From assembly GCA_965240325.2 (NCBI GenBank), contig OZ251228.1, positions 1,178,001 to 1,242,000 of the forward strand: DNA of 64,000 nucleotides, read 5' to 3'. Shown one piece after another: positions 1-10,618 of this stretch. The notes under the pieces are model-generated. The model was not told the DNA's origin and made no database searches. It worked only from the letters and a program-made list of their open reading frames with translations. Numbering within the stretch: position 1 is the first letter of the stretch; each line of letters begins with the position of its first letter. This stretch comes from Rebecca billardiae RCC1528 (Eukaryota; Protista; Haptophyta). Both the position numbers and the translations under genes were made by a program.

Positions 1-505
1 CACTGCATGCAAGGCTCGTGCAGGCTGATCGGCATTCGTCGACAGCCGTCTGAAGCTGCATCAACGCGCACGATCGATGTATCAAGGCGGCGCGGCTTGC
101 GCACAGGCACATGCTTCCTCGCTCAGCCGCAGCTCGTGCCCCGAGTTGATCGCATCGCGCGCCAGGCGGGCGCTCACGGCTGAGGCGGGCGCGGGCTGCT
201 CATTCCGAGGCGACGCTCGCATGCGCGCTGATCGTAGGCGCGGCAAAGTCGACGAGGAGCGAGCTGCGGGGCGCAGTGCGGCGTATGGCCGTGTTCCGAT
301 GCCACGCAAGCACCGCGCCGCCTTCGCACGGCAACTCGACGGCAGCAGCGCGCCGCGCCGCGCGCGCGCCAAGCGCTGGTGCGCCGCAGTCCGGGTCGGC
401 GGCCGCCACTGGCACAGCGCCAGTCCGGAGGGGTTTTTCCCCCCAGGGCGGGGCAAAACCCCTCGCGGAGCGTGTGGCAGGATCCCGGGAACGCCCTTGA
501 AATTT

Positions 506-723
506 GGTGCGAGAGTCAGCCACGCTGCTCAGTTGTGTGACGGTGAAATCGGATCCTGCCCGCAGTGACAGCGTGAGCCTGCCACTTTTTTTCGCCCCCT
601 TTATAACGGGCTCCGGGTGACCAGACTGGCGGCCGAAGCCTCCAGCCCTGAACTGTGATTGATAACACTGAACAGCTGTCGCTGTCTTGGCGTAGTAAGG
701 CGAGGGGTGATCTATGACTGCAG
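506..723. repeat. Dispersed degenerate repeat, homologous to 6355-6494
   Basis: Shared blocks GGTGCGAGAGTCAGCCACGCTGCT, GAGCCTGCCAC, TGAACTGTGA..AACACTGAACAGC, AGTAAGGCGAGGGG and GATCTATGACTGCAG occur in the same order at both sites. This copy carries an extra 586-648 insert. Confidence 0.75.
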
Positions 724-2149
724 TTTACCACTAGTATTACTAAGAAACGACGCGCGCAGCTAAGGCACGGTCCATCAATCGCTCTGGACAGTTTAGTGTG
801 ACTGAACGTTTAGTCACTTAGTGGGATCGACGAGTATGAGTGATTGAGTCCATCCTGAGGCCAGAGCGAATCGGAGGGGTGCTGCCGCTCACGCTGTCCA
901 TTACTGAGTAACTGTATTGTATCCGACTCAGAATGTTGCCATTTCAAGACTCACTGTTGAGCTGAGAGGCTGCTACTGCTACTGTACGGTGTTCAGTCTG
1001 CAGACCTGGAGCCGGTCAGGACTCAATGTAACCCGGAACCCCCGTCGGGACGGCCGGACGGGGTCCGAGCCTGCTGCCGCTCGCCAAGGCATCACGGGAC
1101 ACTTAAATCCCACTGACTACTGAGTCTAAGTAGCTAGGAACACACTGCAGCCGCCTCTGCATCGCTATGCCAGGCGTGCCCACCTTCCTTCGGCCAGCGT
1201 TTGGCGCCGGCGTTTGGACACAGAGTCGACGGCTAGACAGCTATGTGACACTAAGTGGCCGGCAGCGCTCCCGCACGACGGCACGACGCCGACGGCACGC
1301 GGAGTCGCTTTTGAGTGCTTCTGACGGCTGGGCTGGGCTGGGGGGCATACTAGAGGCCAAGAGGGCACTTCAACAGGCGACAGGCTCGACAGACACCTAT
1401 ACTAATACTATACATGGCATTATTGGCATGCCTGCCGAATATCCCCAACCGATAGGCTGAGGGCCTGGCCCTGGGCCCCCTATGGCCGGCACCGCCAGAC
1501 CCATTAGTGGCATGCTGTCGTGTTGGCATTCGGGCTGGCTGGCTGCCACTGCCACTGCGACATACGGTAATAATCGAATAATATATATATATTATGTTGT
1601 ATTAATACCGAATTTCCTCCGTGCATGCTTTTCTTGTCCTCTCCGGGCGCTTTAATCCAACCGCCAGGAGAGGTCGAGTCCCAGGTACTACTCGCTGTCG
1701 TACCTGCCCTCCCTGTCTGAACCGGCACGAGCGCGCTCGGCCCCTAACCCTATTGGGATTGCTTTCGCAGCTGCCCGCAGGCGAACGCAAGCCGCCGGTT
1801 ACGCATGTCCGTTTTCCCCCGGCGCTATTGGTCTAACGACCTATCAGTTTACTGGTGTCGTTTGCTTTTGCACTTGTGTGGGACGACTCCCGCACCGCCC
1901 GCTCGTCCGCACGGACGACGCTGCTGACGACGTCCGCAGGGCCCACTGTGACTCAGCCCCTGCGTGACCGGGGAACTGGTAAGGCGGAATAAACATCATA
2001 TATATTATATAAGCAAGTCGTCGTGGCTGTGTCCCTGTCTGCATTATTGTCATAGCGCTTTCAGGCGGGCGGTAGCTGCTGAGCTACATGTATGTGTCAT
2101 TTGGTGACACCATCAATCACTCTGTGCAGTAGCCAACTGCATAGAGTGT

Positions 2150-2348
2150 ATGGCTTGTGATTATGATAGTCCACGCGCGCCGCAGGCGGTGCTCGTGCGA
2201 GCACAAGACCGCCACCTGACAGCCGTTATACTTCTTCAGACAGACCACTCGTCTTGGGCTTGGCGCACACCATGCAGCATCCCTTGGACATCATCTCGCG
2301 CTTCCCAACGATTGCGAACTCAAAGAGCACGCGCGCCGCCACGCCAAG
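2150..2348 (-). pseudogene. Decayed second MYND finger downstream of the SEL1-MYND copy 1 stop
   Basis: After TGA TGA the frame reads LGVAARVLFEFAIVGKREMMSKGCCMVCAKPKTSGL, then frameshifts at a TCTG duplication. Homologous to the gene's own MYND and to 10385-10615. Confidence 0.7.
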
Positions 2349-2351
2349 TCA

Positions 2352-3824
2352 TCACTGACTGTTCCCATCGAGCGCTGGGTTGCACCACGCTTTGCAGAAT
2401 TTCCCGTGATCCTTCCACGCACACAGCTGGTGCTTGCGCGAGCAGAAGACCGCCACGTGACAGCGACTGCACCTCTTCAGACCACTCGTCTTGGCGCACA
2501 CCATGCAGCACTTGGACACCACCTCGCGCTCCCCGGCGAGCCCAATCAGCGCCTTCGTCACGAGCTCGTTGAGATCGCTGTCGAGCTCGTAGGCACGGTG
2601 CAGCAGGCGTACGCCCTCATGTACATCACGCTGCACTCCCGCGCCCGCCACAAGTGCCGCCCCTTGCATGAGGAGAGCGTGAGAATGTCCGGCATTCGCA
2701 GCCGGCCGGCACCAGCGCGCCGCCTCGGCCCAATCCTGCGCCACGCCTTGGCCATGTTGATAGCATTCAGCCAGGCGGTACTGCGCCTGCGCGTGGCCCT
2801 GCTCGGCCGCCAGCCGGTACCAGCGCGCCGCCTCGGCCCAATCCTGCGCCACGCCCTCGCCTCGTGCGTAGCACCCACCCAGGTTGCATTGCGCACCTGC
2901 GTGGCCCTGCTCGGCCGCCTGCCGGTACCAGCGCGCCTGCTCGGCCACATCCTGCGCCACGCCGTCGCCTTGTGCGCAGCATATGCCCAGGTTGGCCTGC
3001 GCAACCGTGTCGCCCTGCTCGGCTGCCAGCCGGTACCAGCGCGCCGCCTCAGCCCAATCCTGCGCCACGCCCTCGCCTCGCGCGTAGCACCCGCCTAGGT
3101 TGCATTGCGCACCGCCGTGGCCCTGCTCGGCCGCCAGCCGGTACCAGCGCGCCGCCTCGGCCCAATCCTGCGCCACGCCCTCGCCTCGTGCGTAGCACCC
3201 GCCCAGGTTGCATTGCGCCTCCACGTTGCCCTGCTCGGCCGCCAGCCGGTACCAGCGCGCCGCCTCGGCCACATCCTGCGCCACGCCTTGCCCATGTTGA
3301 TAGCATTCAGCCAGGTTGGCCTGCGCATCTGCGTAGCCCTGCTCGGCTGCCAGCCGGTACCAGCGCGCCGCCTCGGCCACATCCTGCACCACACCCTGGC
3401 CTAGTGTGCAGCGCGTGCCTAGGTTGTACTGCGCCGGCGCGTGGCCCTGCTCGGCCGCCAGCCGGTACCAGCGCGCCGCCTCGGCTGCATCCTGCGCCAC
3501 GCCCTTGCCTTGTGCGCAGCACGTGCCCAGGTTGCATTGCCCCTGCGCGTGGCCCTGCTCGGCCGCCTGGCGACACAGACCCGCGATTTCGGCATCGCTC
3601 ATGGCTTGATCCAGTTCGCCCTGCGCTCCTTTCTCTGCAAGCCTCATCTGAGCGTCCGCAAGCCCGCGGTCGGCGGCGATCCGATACAGGCGTTCCGCCT
3701 TGTGTACATCTTGGGCGACACCGTCGCCGACTTCGTGGCGCTGAGCCAGGAGGAACGTGGCGCGTGGATTGTTGCGCGCAGCTGCTTTCCGAAGCAGCTT
3801 GATCGTGGCAGTCTGATTCGCCAT
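2352..3824 (-). CDS. SEL1-like repeat protein (~11 SLR units) with C-terminal MYND zinc finger, copy 1
   Basis: 36-aa repeats AQxxLGxxYxxGxGVAQDxAEAARWYRLAAEQG. C-terminal CMVC..RCSRC..FCSRKHQLCAWKDHGKFC is a zf-MYND pattern. Intronless 490-aa ORF. Confidence 0.92.
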   Translation of the reverse strand: MANQTATIKLLRKAAARNNPRATFLLAQRHEVGDGVAQDVHKAERLYRIAADRGLADAQMRLAEKGAQGELDQAMSDAEIAGLCRQAAEQGHAQGQCNLGTCCAQGKGVAQDAAEAARWYRLAAEQGHAPAQYNLGTRCTLGQGVVQDVAEAARWYRLAAEQGYADAQANLAECYQHGQGVAQDVAEAARWYRLAAEQGNVEAQCNLGGCYARGEGVAQDWAEAARWYRLAAEQGHGGAQCNLGGCYARGEGVAQDWAEAARWYRLAAEQGDTVAQANLGICCAQGDGVAQDVAEQARWYRQAAEQGHAGAQCNLGGCYARGEGVAQDWAEAARWYRLAAEQGHAQAQYRLAECYQHGQGVAQDWAEAARWCRPAANAGHSHALLMQGAALVAGAGVQRDVHEGVRLLHRAYELDSDLNELVTKALIGLAGEREVVSKCCMVCAKTSGLKRCSRCHVAVFCSRKHQLCAWKDHGKFCKAWCNPALDGNSQ

Positions 3825-4231
3825 CCGAGCGCGTGGGCGTTGAGCGCGGCGGTCGTGGGCTTGACCAGTGGGCGTGGGGTCAGGCGGTTGGCCTCACGCC
3901 CTCGGTTGGTCATGAACACTGGCCGCACCGCGCGCCCGCCCGCGCGGAGCGACTTGGAGGAGTTTGAATTGAGCGGATGGCCCGCCCCGGCCGGACTCAT
4001 CCGTCCGGAATTGTTCACCGCCAGAACTGAGCGATCTGAACATGATCTGAAAGGTGTGATGGAGGGTAGCTGGGAGCTCAGATCAGATCAGCTGCGAGCG
4101 CAGCGAGCAGCATAAAGGTGGGTGGCGACGAAATCTGAAATCGTGCGCGCGCGAGCGCGGAATTCGGCAGTCCAGCAACGCGTCTCTCGATCGGCCGAAG
4201 CGCAATCGCGCGAAGAGAACAGCACAACATC

Positions 4232-4692
4232 ATGCGACGCCTCTACCTCACCGCGCTCGCGACGCTGACGTGCGCGCGCAGGGCGCACTCCAGCGGCAGC
4301 CTCGGGGGCTCGGTGCTGGGCCGGGCGCGCGTCTCGAGTAGCTCCATCTTCGCCACCGCGGTCGGCGCGCGCCCTCCAAGCGCGGCGGCTGTGCCCGCAC
4401 CGGCGGCGCATGCTGCTTTCGACCTCGTCGCTGATGAGCACGTCGCCGAGTTTGGGATCGGCGTGCGCACGTACGTGCACAAGCTGACCGGCGCGACGGT
4501 GCTCTCGGTCGTCAGCCCCAACGACGAGCACAAGACCTTCCTCGCCGCCTTCAAGACCGCCGCGGGCGGCGACGCGCTCGGCTCGACAGGCGTCGCGCAC
4601 ATTCTCGAGCACTCAGTCCTGTGCGGCTCGGCCAAGTACCCGCTCAAGGAGCCGTTCGTCGAGCTGCTCAAGGGCTCGTGCCAGACGTTTCT
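4232..4692 (+). pseudogene. Duplicated exon 1 of presequence protease (truncated)
   Basis: Nearly identical to 12397-12857, including the HILEH inverted zincin motif. Homology stops 14 nt into intron 1. Confidence 0.85.
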
Positions 4693-4706
4693 GTGCGCGC
4701 GCGCGG

Positions 4707-6268
4707 GGCTTCCGGCGTCAACCGCAAGCTATGCCAGGTGCACGTGCGCGCCGGCCGGCAGCTGTGGCCGGACGCCGCTCCTTCGTTTCTCGACGACTTG
4801 CTCGCGGCGGTGCGCTCACCGCCGACGCGCGCCCTTGGCCTTCGGCTGATTGAGCTGCTCGTCCACGAGAGCCTCGACCCCTCTCGCGCCACGGTGCTCA
4901 GCTCGCGCCGCCGCCTGCTCGCGCGCGGCCTGTCGGCTGCTGCGCCCGCCGTGTTTGCGCACGCGGCGGATGCGCTCGCGGCGGCGGCCGGGGCGGATGA
5001 CGGAGGTGGCGGTGGCGTGGGCGTTGAGGCCGACGCACTCGAGACGCTGAGCACGTGCGCCCAGTGGCTCCCCGTCAGCGCGCAGTCCGTCCCGCCCCAG
5101 CTCGTGCCAGCGCTGTGCGCGCGCTTTGCAGCGCCGAGCGCGGCTCATCGCGCCCGCGCGCTCGCGTGCGCGCGCACGCTCTTCGAGCGCAACGTGCGCG
5201 CGGCGGACGCGGCGAGCCTGTTCGTGCCGGCGCTGGCACACCTCGAGCAGGCGCTCCGCCGCGCGGCCGCGTCACCCGCCGAGGCGCGTCGCGCCGAGGG
5301 AGCGACGGCGGAGGCGCGCGCGCTCGCAGAGTGCGCGCAGGCCATGTGTGCGCACGTGCTGCCTCGGATCGGCGGCGCAGCGACAGCGCCGTACAGCGAC
5401 GAGGCGGGCGCGCTGCTCGGCGCGCTGCTCGCGCTTACGTGTGCTCCTGGCACCCGCGCTGCCGCGCGCGCGTGCTACCGCGCGTGGGCCACGCTGCTCG
5501 ACGGGCTGGGCGCGTGCGTGCGCGAGGAGGGCACGCGCGCGAGACCGCTCGGACTCAGCCGTGACGAATTCTGCGCCGCCTTCGGTCCGGGCCACGGGGA
5601 GCTGCTGCGGCACGTGCTCGAGCGGAGGCGCGTGGCGGCGCGCGTGCTGGCCGACGAGCTGCTGCGCGGGCCCTCCCCTAGCCGGCGTGGGGCGCAGGCT
5701 GCCGCGGGCCCGGGCCCGGCCGACGCCGACGCTGACGCCGACGATGACAGCGGCGCCTCCGCAGCGTCCGCGGATGAGGGCGCTGACGATGACGACGACA
5801 ACCTCGACGGCGGTGGCGGCGGCGCGGCGGCGGGGGCGATGATCGGCGCAGTGGATAGCAGCGGCGAGAGCGACGAGGATGACGCAGCCGAGCCCGCAGC
5901 GCGGGCCGCGCTCGTCGACGCGCACACGGAGGCTGACATTGTGGGCGGCGTGCTCGCCCCGTGGCCGGATGCGGCCGCGGCGGCTGTGAGCGCGCGCCGC
6001 TGAGCTGTGCGCGCCGCTCGGTGCGGGCGGTGCGGCGGAGGGCGGGGACGAGCTGCTCGCGCTTGCGGCGCTGTGCCCGGTGGCGTGCCAGGCGGTCGGC
6101 GCGCTCGATGCGTGCGCGGGCGGAGGGCGCCAGCTCGCCTTCGAGCTCGCGCGCGCGGCGCTGAGCGCGGCGCGAGCTGCCGAGATCGCAAGCACGCTCA
6201 GGCCGAGGCGCGCGCACATCATGCTGGCCATCGAAGCGGCGCTCGGGGAACGTCGGCTTGGCTGGTGA
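4707..6268 (+). pseudogene. Exportin-6-like (importin-beta/Xpo1 HEAT) internal fragment, no own start, frameshifted near 5990-6010
   Basis: VNRKLCQVHVRAGRQLWPDAAPSFLDDLLAAVRSPPTRALGLRLIELLVHESLDPSRATVLSSRRRLL and ALETLSTCAQWLPVS resemble, from recall, the XPO6 Xpo1-domain segments NKLCKVIVDIGRQDWP...SPVTTPLGL and ALECLAHLFSWIPLS. The coding-like frame continues in 6080-6268. Confidence 0.6.
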
Positions 6269-6354
6269 GGAGCTCCTCCCGCGGCGCGACCCGACCGACG
6301 AATCCATAAATCCGGTCCGGGCACCCGTGCGGGGCGGGAGCGCTTTGTTTGCAT

Positions 6355-6494
6355 GGTGCGAGAGTCAGCCACGCTGCTGACGAGCGTGGCGGGCCCTGGC
6401 GGCTGGACTGAGCCTGCCACTGAACTGTGAACACTGAACAGCCGACGCTGTCGTGGCGCTACAGTAAGGCGAGGGGGGCGGATCTATGACTGCA
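6355..6494. repeat. Dispersed degenerate repeat, homologous to 506-723
   Basis: Same ordered blocks as 506-723, without the 63-bp insert (GCCAC|TGAAC is intact here). Confidence 0.75.
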
Positions 6495-6752
6495 GGCTCC
6501 GGCTCCGGTCCCACCCCCCCAGCTCCGTTACGTCTTGGCCCCGAGGCCGACGAGCCGAAGAGTCCGACTACCAAGCGGACCATGCCAGCGCAGAGCCCCT
6601 TCCGACTCCCCCGATTGATGATGACTTCAACTATATACGAGAAATGTCGCATCCGCAGACCACCTCCCAATATTATCGGTTCAGACTCTATTTTCACTGT
6701 GTAATTACCCACCCCTTATTACTCAGATTTCAGCACAGCCGGGTCCGAGCGT

Positions 6753-8768
6753 TCCGGTCATAGGTGGGTCCCTCCCAACTGGGGCGATATTCTGGCGCAC
6801 TCAGAATGACGTCCTATATTTTGTCTCTTACCCAGAATCGACGCTATAAATGCGTCCCATCGGGGCGGAGCAAAAGTTTCGACCTCAAAACCTACTCCGC
6901 GTGCCGTCGCTCGGCCGAGCGCGCGCGCGCCGCGCCAGTAGTGTCACATAGAGATTTTGCGAAGCGTTACTTCATGGTTATGGTGGCTAGATGGCGACAT
7001 GCGATCGGAATTACTTATTGGCAACCGTTGACACCCGACCGAACCATTTTATGAAGCAAAGAGTGGGGCTCTATGCTGTGCGCTGATACCTCCAACAAAC
7101 TACAGCAAGATCGAGCATATTACCCACTTCATATATAGCCACTTACCCGTATATAGTGTGATTGTTACCCACTTTATATTGACCGTGGATGCGGTTCACT
7201 ATATATTCAAATTCGTTCCGATATGTGGGTACGTTTGTTGGGTCATCGAATAGGCGCCGAGCGACGCGGACACAGGCAACCCGGGCCCGCAACCAGACTG
7301 CCTGCGAGTGGCAGTGTTTGTGGCGGGCTGCGTGCCGAGGCACACACCATCGCCCGCCACCGAGCATGCCACCGTCGTCACACGGGAGCCCTCCGCCGTC
7401 GAGGCTGGACTATCAGCCAACGCCACCGCCGGAGCTTGCCGCGCTCGGCGGCTTCCGTGCTCGTACTCCGCGTGTCACCGGTCGTCTGTATGCCCACCCG
7501 CGTGAGGCCGCCACCAGTCCACGACTACCGCAGCTGCAGCCCATGCCGCCGACGATGCCTCCTACCATCTTCTCGCCAGGCAGCAATACGATAGGTTCAC
7601 CGACGCTGCTGCTAGGCTGAGAGCACTCAGCCAGTTGGCCGGCGAGACGTCAGATGGTTGAGCTGCTGGCCTAGCCATCACGTTGCGGCTTCCGCTCGCT
7701 CAAGTACACCCAACATGACGACGAGAACGTGCCGGGCAATCATCAGACATGCGTCTGAGGGGTCTACTACGCCTAGCCGTAGAGTTGCTGAGTACGAGTC
7801 TTCGCAGACCACGAGCGGAACGAGTGGGACCACCCAATGGCAGGAGCAACAGCGTGGGGTGGCACCCGCGCCTGTCAACGCGACCGCGTTCTGTCAAGAA
7901 TGGACCCATATCCTGCGACCACCCTCGAGCACCGCAGGCTATGCCCACACTCGGCATAGGGAAGGATCGCTGAGCGCCTGCTGCCGCTGTCAAAGGCCCT
8001 GCTGATCTTCCTGGCGCTGGATCGTGTACACGGATGGCAAGTCGGCGTGCTCGCCGCACATCGCGGCGGCTTCTCAGCATCCCAAGTCCTCAGTGCACCC
8101 ATCCTAGGCCTGCTGATCGATGATCGGTACCAACCCCCACCAAACACGGCCTGCTGATCGATGATCGGTACCAACCCCCACCAAACACGCCCTCTCGGAA
8201 GTCGCCAATCGCTTACATGGCTCCCCGAGAGCCCGGGGCTGGCTGTCGTGCGTTCTCACGAGCAGCTTGCGCGCAGCCCAAATGTCACCTTCACGGTGCG
8301 TTGAGCTGCTCAAGATGGCGGGAGCGTCAAGAGCATGCCCGTGCACGATACTGACCCATGCCTCCCGTCGCCTGACCCGCATGTGGCAAAAACTGACCCT
8401 GCTCGAAGGCACGGGTCGAACACCCGCCGATCGATTCAAGTTGTCTGTACGCGTCTAGCCGGGCGAGAGTCAAACATGCGGGCACGTGCCAGGCGGGGGA
8501 TGTGTGACCACGGATCCCATCCGTGAGCACGCGCAAAGCGCTGGAGCGCGCGATAGGTGTTGGCTGTGGTCTACCCGACACACGGCGGCTCGGTCGCGCT
8601 GGAGAGGCGCTCCGACATCGTCGGGAGCGTTCAGATCGGACCTCGGCCGGCGGCCCGGCGATTTTCCCGAGCCGCGCCCCGCGCGAAAAGAAATCCGGCG
8701 AGAAAACCCGGTAAATGTTTAAAAGAACGCTGGAAAATCGCCAGGGACCCACCTATTCCGGACACCTG
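6753..8768. mobile_element. Possible decayed Tc1/mariner-type non-autonomous element
   Basis: The right end reads (reverse complement) TA-CAGGTGTCCGGAATAGGTGGGTCCCT. Left 6753-6773 TCCGGTCATAGGTGGGTCCCT matches it in inverted orientation (14 nt exact). The outer left end is degraded and no transposase ORF is recognisable. Confidence 0.4.
8107..8188. repeat. 41-bp perfect tandem duplication
   Basis: GGCCTGCTGATCGATGATCGGTACCAACCCCCACCAAACAC x2. Confidence 0.9.
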
Positions 8769-8830
8769 TATACATACACACACACACACACATATATATA
8801 TATACGCGAAAATGATACCCGGACTGGGTA

Positions 8831-8880
<50 letters not shown>
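8769..8880. repeat. Microsatellites (CA)n/(TA)n and (GT)n
   Basis: Directly visible at ~8769-8804 and ~8835-8880. Confidence 0.95.
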
Positions 8881-8882
<2 letters not shown>

Positions 8883-9442
8883 TTGACCTTGCAGTACGAA
8901 GACCCACTGCTTGGATGCGGTAGGCTGCGTCGTACTTGTAACTACAATGATTATAATACTCCTTGGGATTTTTCGTCGTCGAGTATTGCAGCCCACAGCA
9001 GTAGGCTGCTGTGGGGCCCGGCGGGCAGCGACAGGGTGCAGGCGGAGCGAGAGATAGCCAGACATCGCGCTGCGCTGCAAGAAGCCCCCCGCCGTCAGAG
9101 GCAGCCTCCGCACGAGGCTTTCGGGCTCAAGGCGGCGGAGACAGGGGTGGTGGCGGGACGAGCTGTGAGGGCAGCAGCGGTGAATCTCGCGCACTCAGCT
9201 GATGCCGATGGCTGAAGGGCAGGGGATGCAGCTGGCCGACCAAGCTGTGAGCGCTGGTGGTCGTGATGGGTGTGGGAGTCGGCGAGATCGCCATCAGCTT
9301 TAAGCCTAATATTCCTTGACGAGACGCCGACGATGCCGCTCAGCAGCCATTTAGCAGCTCGCTTCGCCTGTCCACGAAGTCCGCCTGCGCTGTTAATAGA
9401 TGAGTAGCCCTTGAGATAAACCGGTACGGCGCTTTGCCAGTA

Positions 9443-9793
9443 CAGGCAATCGCGGGCAATAAGAAGTCAGACATCTCACGGCCTTTTTGGAGCAAATATG
9501 GCATGATGTTGCATGGCGGATGCTGCGGTGCACTGGCCAGGAGTCAGTCATCAGGAGAAGTCGGGACTTGGCCTGTACTCCTAGTCGGGCCGCGCACCGC
9601 GTCCCCGACGGGCCGACTGCGCCTCGCCCTCGGCGGACCACTCGTCAGCAGGGACGACGTAGTCCCGGTTTCTTAGTGTGACTATGCGTATAGCGAACCA
9701 GCCAATCGCTAGGGCTCAGTTTCTAGGCCAGATCCGCAGATAGCAAGCCCCAGTTTCTTAACGTGACAGCTCCTTATTGCCCGCAATTGCCTG
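9443..9793. mobile_element. MITE, Tc1/mariner (Stowaway-like) type, 351 bp
   Basis: TIRs CAGGCAATCGCGGGCAATAAGAAG / (rc) CAGGCAATTGCGGGCAATAAGGAG (22/24 match), flanked by TA at 9441-9442 and 9794-9795. Confidence 0.8.
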
Positions 9794-10384
9794 TAGATGG
9801 AGCTGCTCATGAATAGCGGTGCTGAGCACTGGGAGTGGGAAGAGGAGAGTCCGGATAGGCTCCGAGCTGCTGCAATGAGGGCGATGGCCGATGACTGCCA
9901 ACTGGGCGCTTTGCCTTGTGCGAGCAGGCCTGCCAGCGGACAACGGCGATCTCACGGGATCTGGATGTGGCAATGTACAGTAGTGTCGTGGTCACGTACT
10001 TCCTGCCCGCGGACACAATCGATTATTGTACCAATAACACCACACACATATATATATATATATATATCGGACGTCGTAACTAAAACGCATGCGCATATAT
10101 CCGACATATGGTCGGCATCACCGCCAGACCCATCAGTGGCATGCTTTCGAATTCGGAATTGCCATTGGGCATTGGCCGTTCCGCGACCGCGGGGGCTGGC
10201 TGAATGGCTGCCCTGCATTGCGACCTATACTGTATAATAATCGAATAATATATAAGATCTTTTTGAAACGTGGTTCGGGCCCGCTGGTGCGGGCTCCACG
10301 CTGCGCGCTCCGCCCTGCACCGCGGGCCATTAGCAAGTCGTCGCCGTGTCCCTGTCCGAATCGTCAGAGCGCTGCGGGCGGTAG

Positions 10385-10615
10385 CTACATGTATTTGTCA
10401 TTTTGTGACACCATTACTCTGTGCAGTAGCCAGTATGGCTTGTGATTAGTCCACGCGCGCCGCAGGCGGTGCTCGTGCGAGCAAAAGACCGCCACGTGAC
10501 AGGCGTTACACTTCTTCAGACCACTCGTCTTGGCGCACACCACGCAGCACTTGGAAACCATCTCGCGCTTCCCAACGATTGCAAACTCAAAGAGCACGCG
10601 CGCCGCCACGCCAAG
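10385..10615 (-). pseudogene. Second MYND finger in frame after TGA-TGA of SEL1-MYND copy 2
   Basis: KCCVVCAKTSGLKKCNACHVAVFCSHEHRLRRAWTNHKPYW, in the same frame as 10619-12094. The final Cys appears lost through a short insertion. Confidence 0.7.
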
Positions 10616-10618
10616 TCA

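Larger units (their letters stand above)
1490..4706. repeat. Segmental duplication copy 1 (partner 10119-12871): MYND relic, SEL1-MYND gene, shared promoter and PreP exon 1
   Basis: Direct homology from CACCGCCAGACCCAT to GTGCGCGCGCGCGG (4706/12871). Near-identical over the SEL1 N-terminus and PreP exon 1. Copy 1 has insertions at ~1600-2010 and 4053-4133. Confidence 0.9.

Noticed and set aside
425-468. Hairpin GAGGGGTTTT...AAAACCCCTC
   Set aside because: A real inverted repeat, but no context supports a terminator, ncRNA or element end.
1741-1760. CCCTAACCCTA telomere-like motif
   Set aside because: Under two units, so expected by chance.
2690-3570. Regular 108-bp repeats with constant and variable parts resembling a CRISPR array
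   Set aside because: They are in-frame SEL1 coding repeats. The variable parts are homologous to each other, and there are no cas genes.
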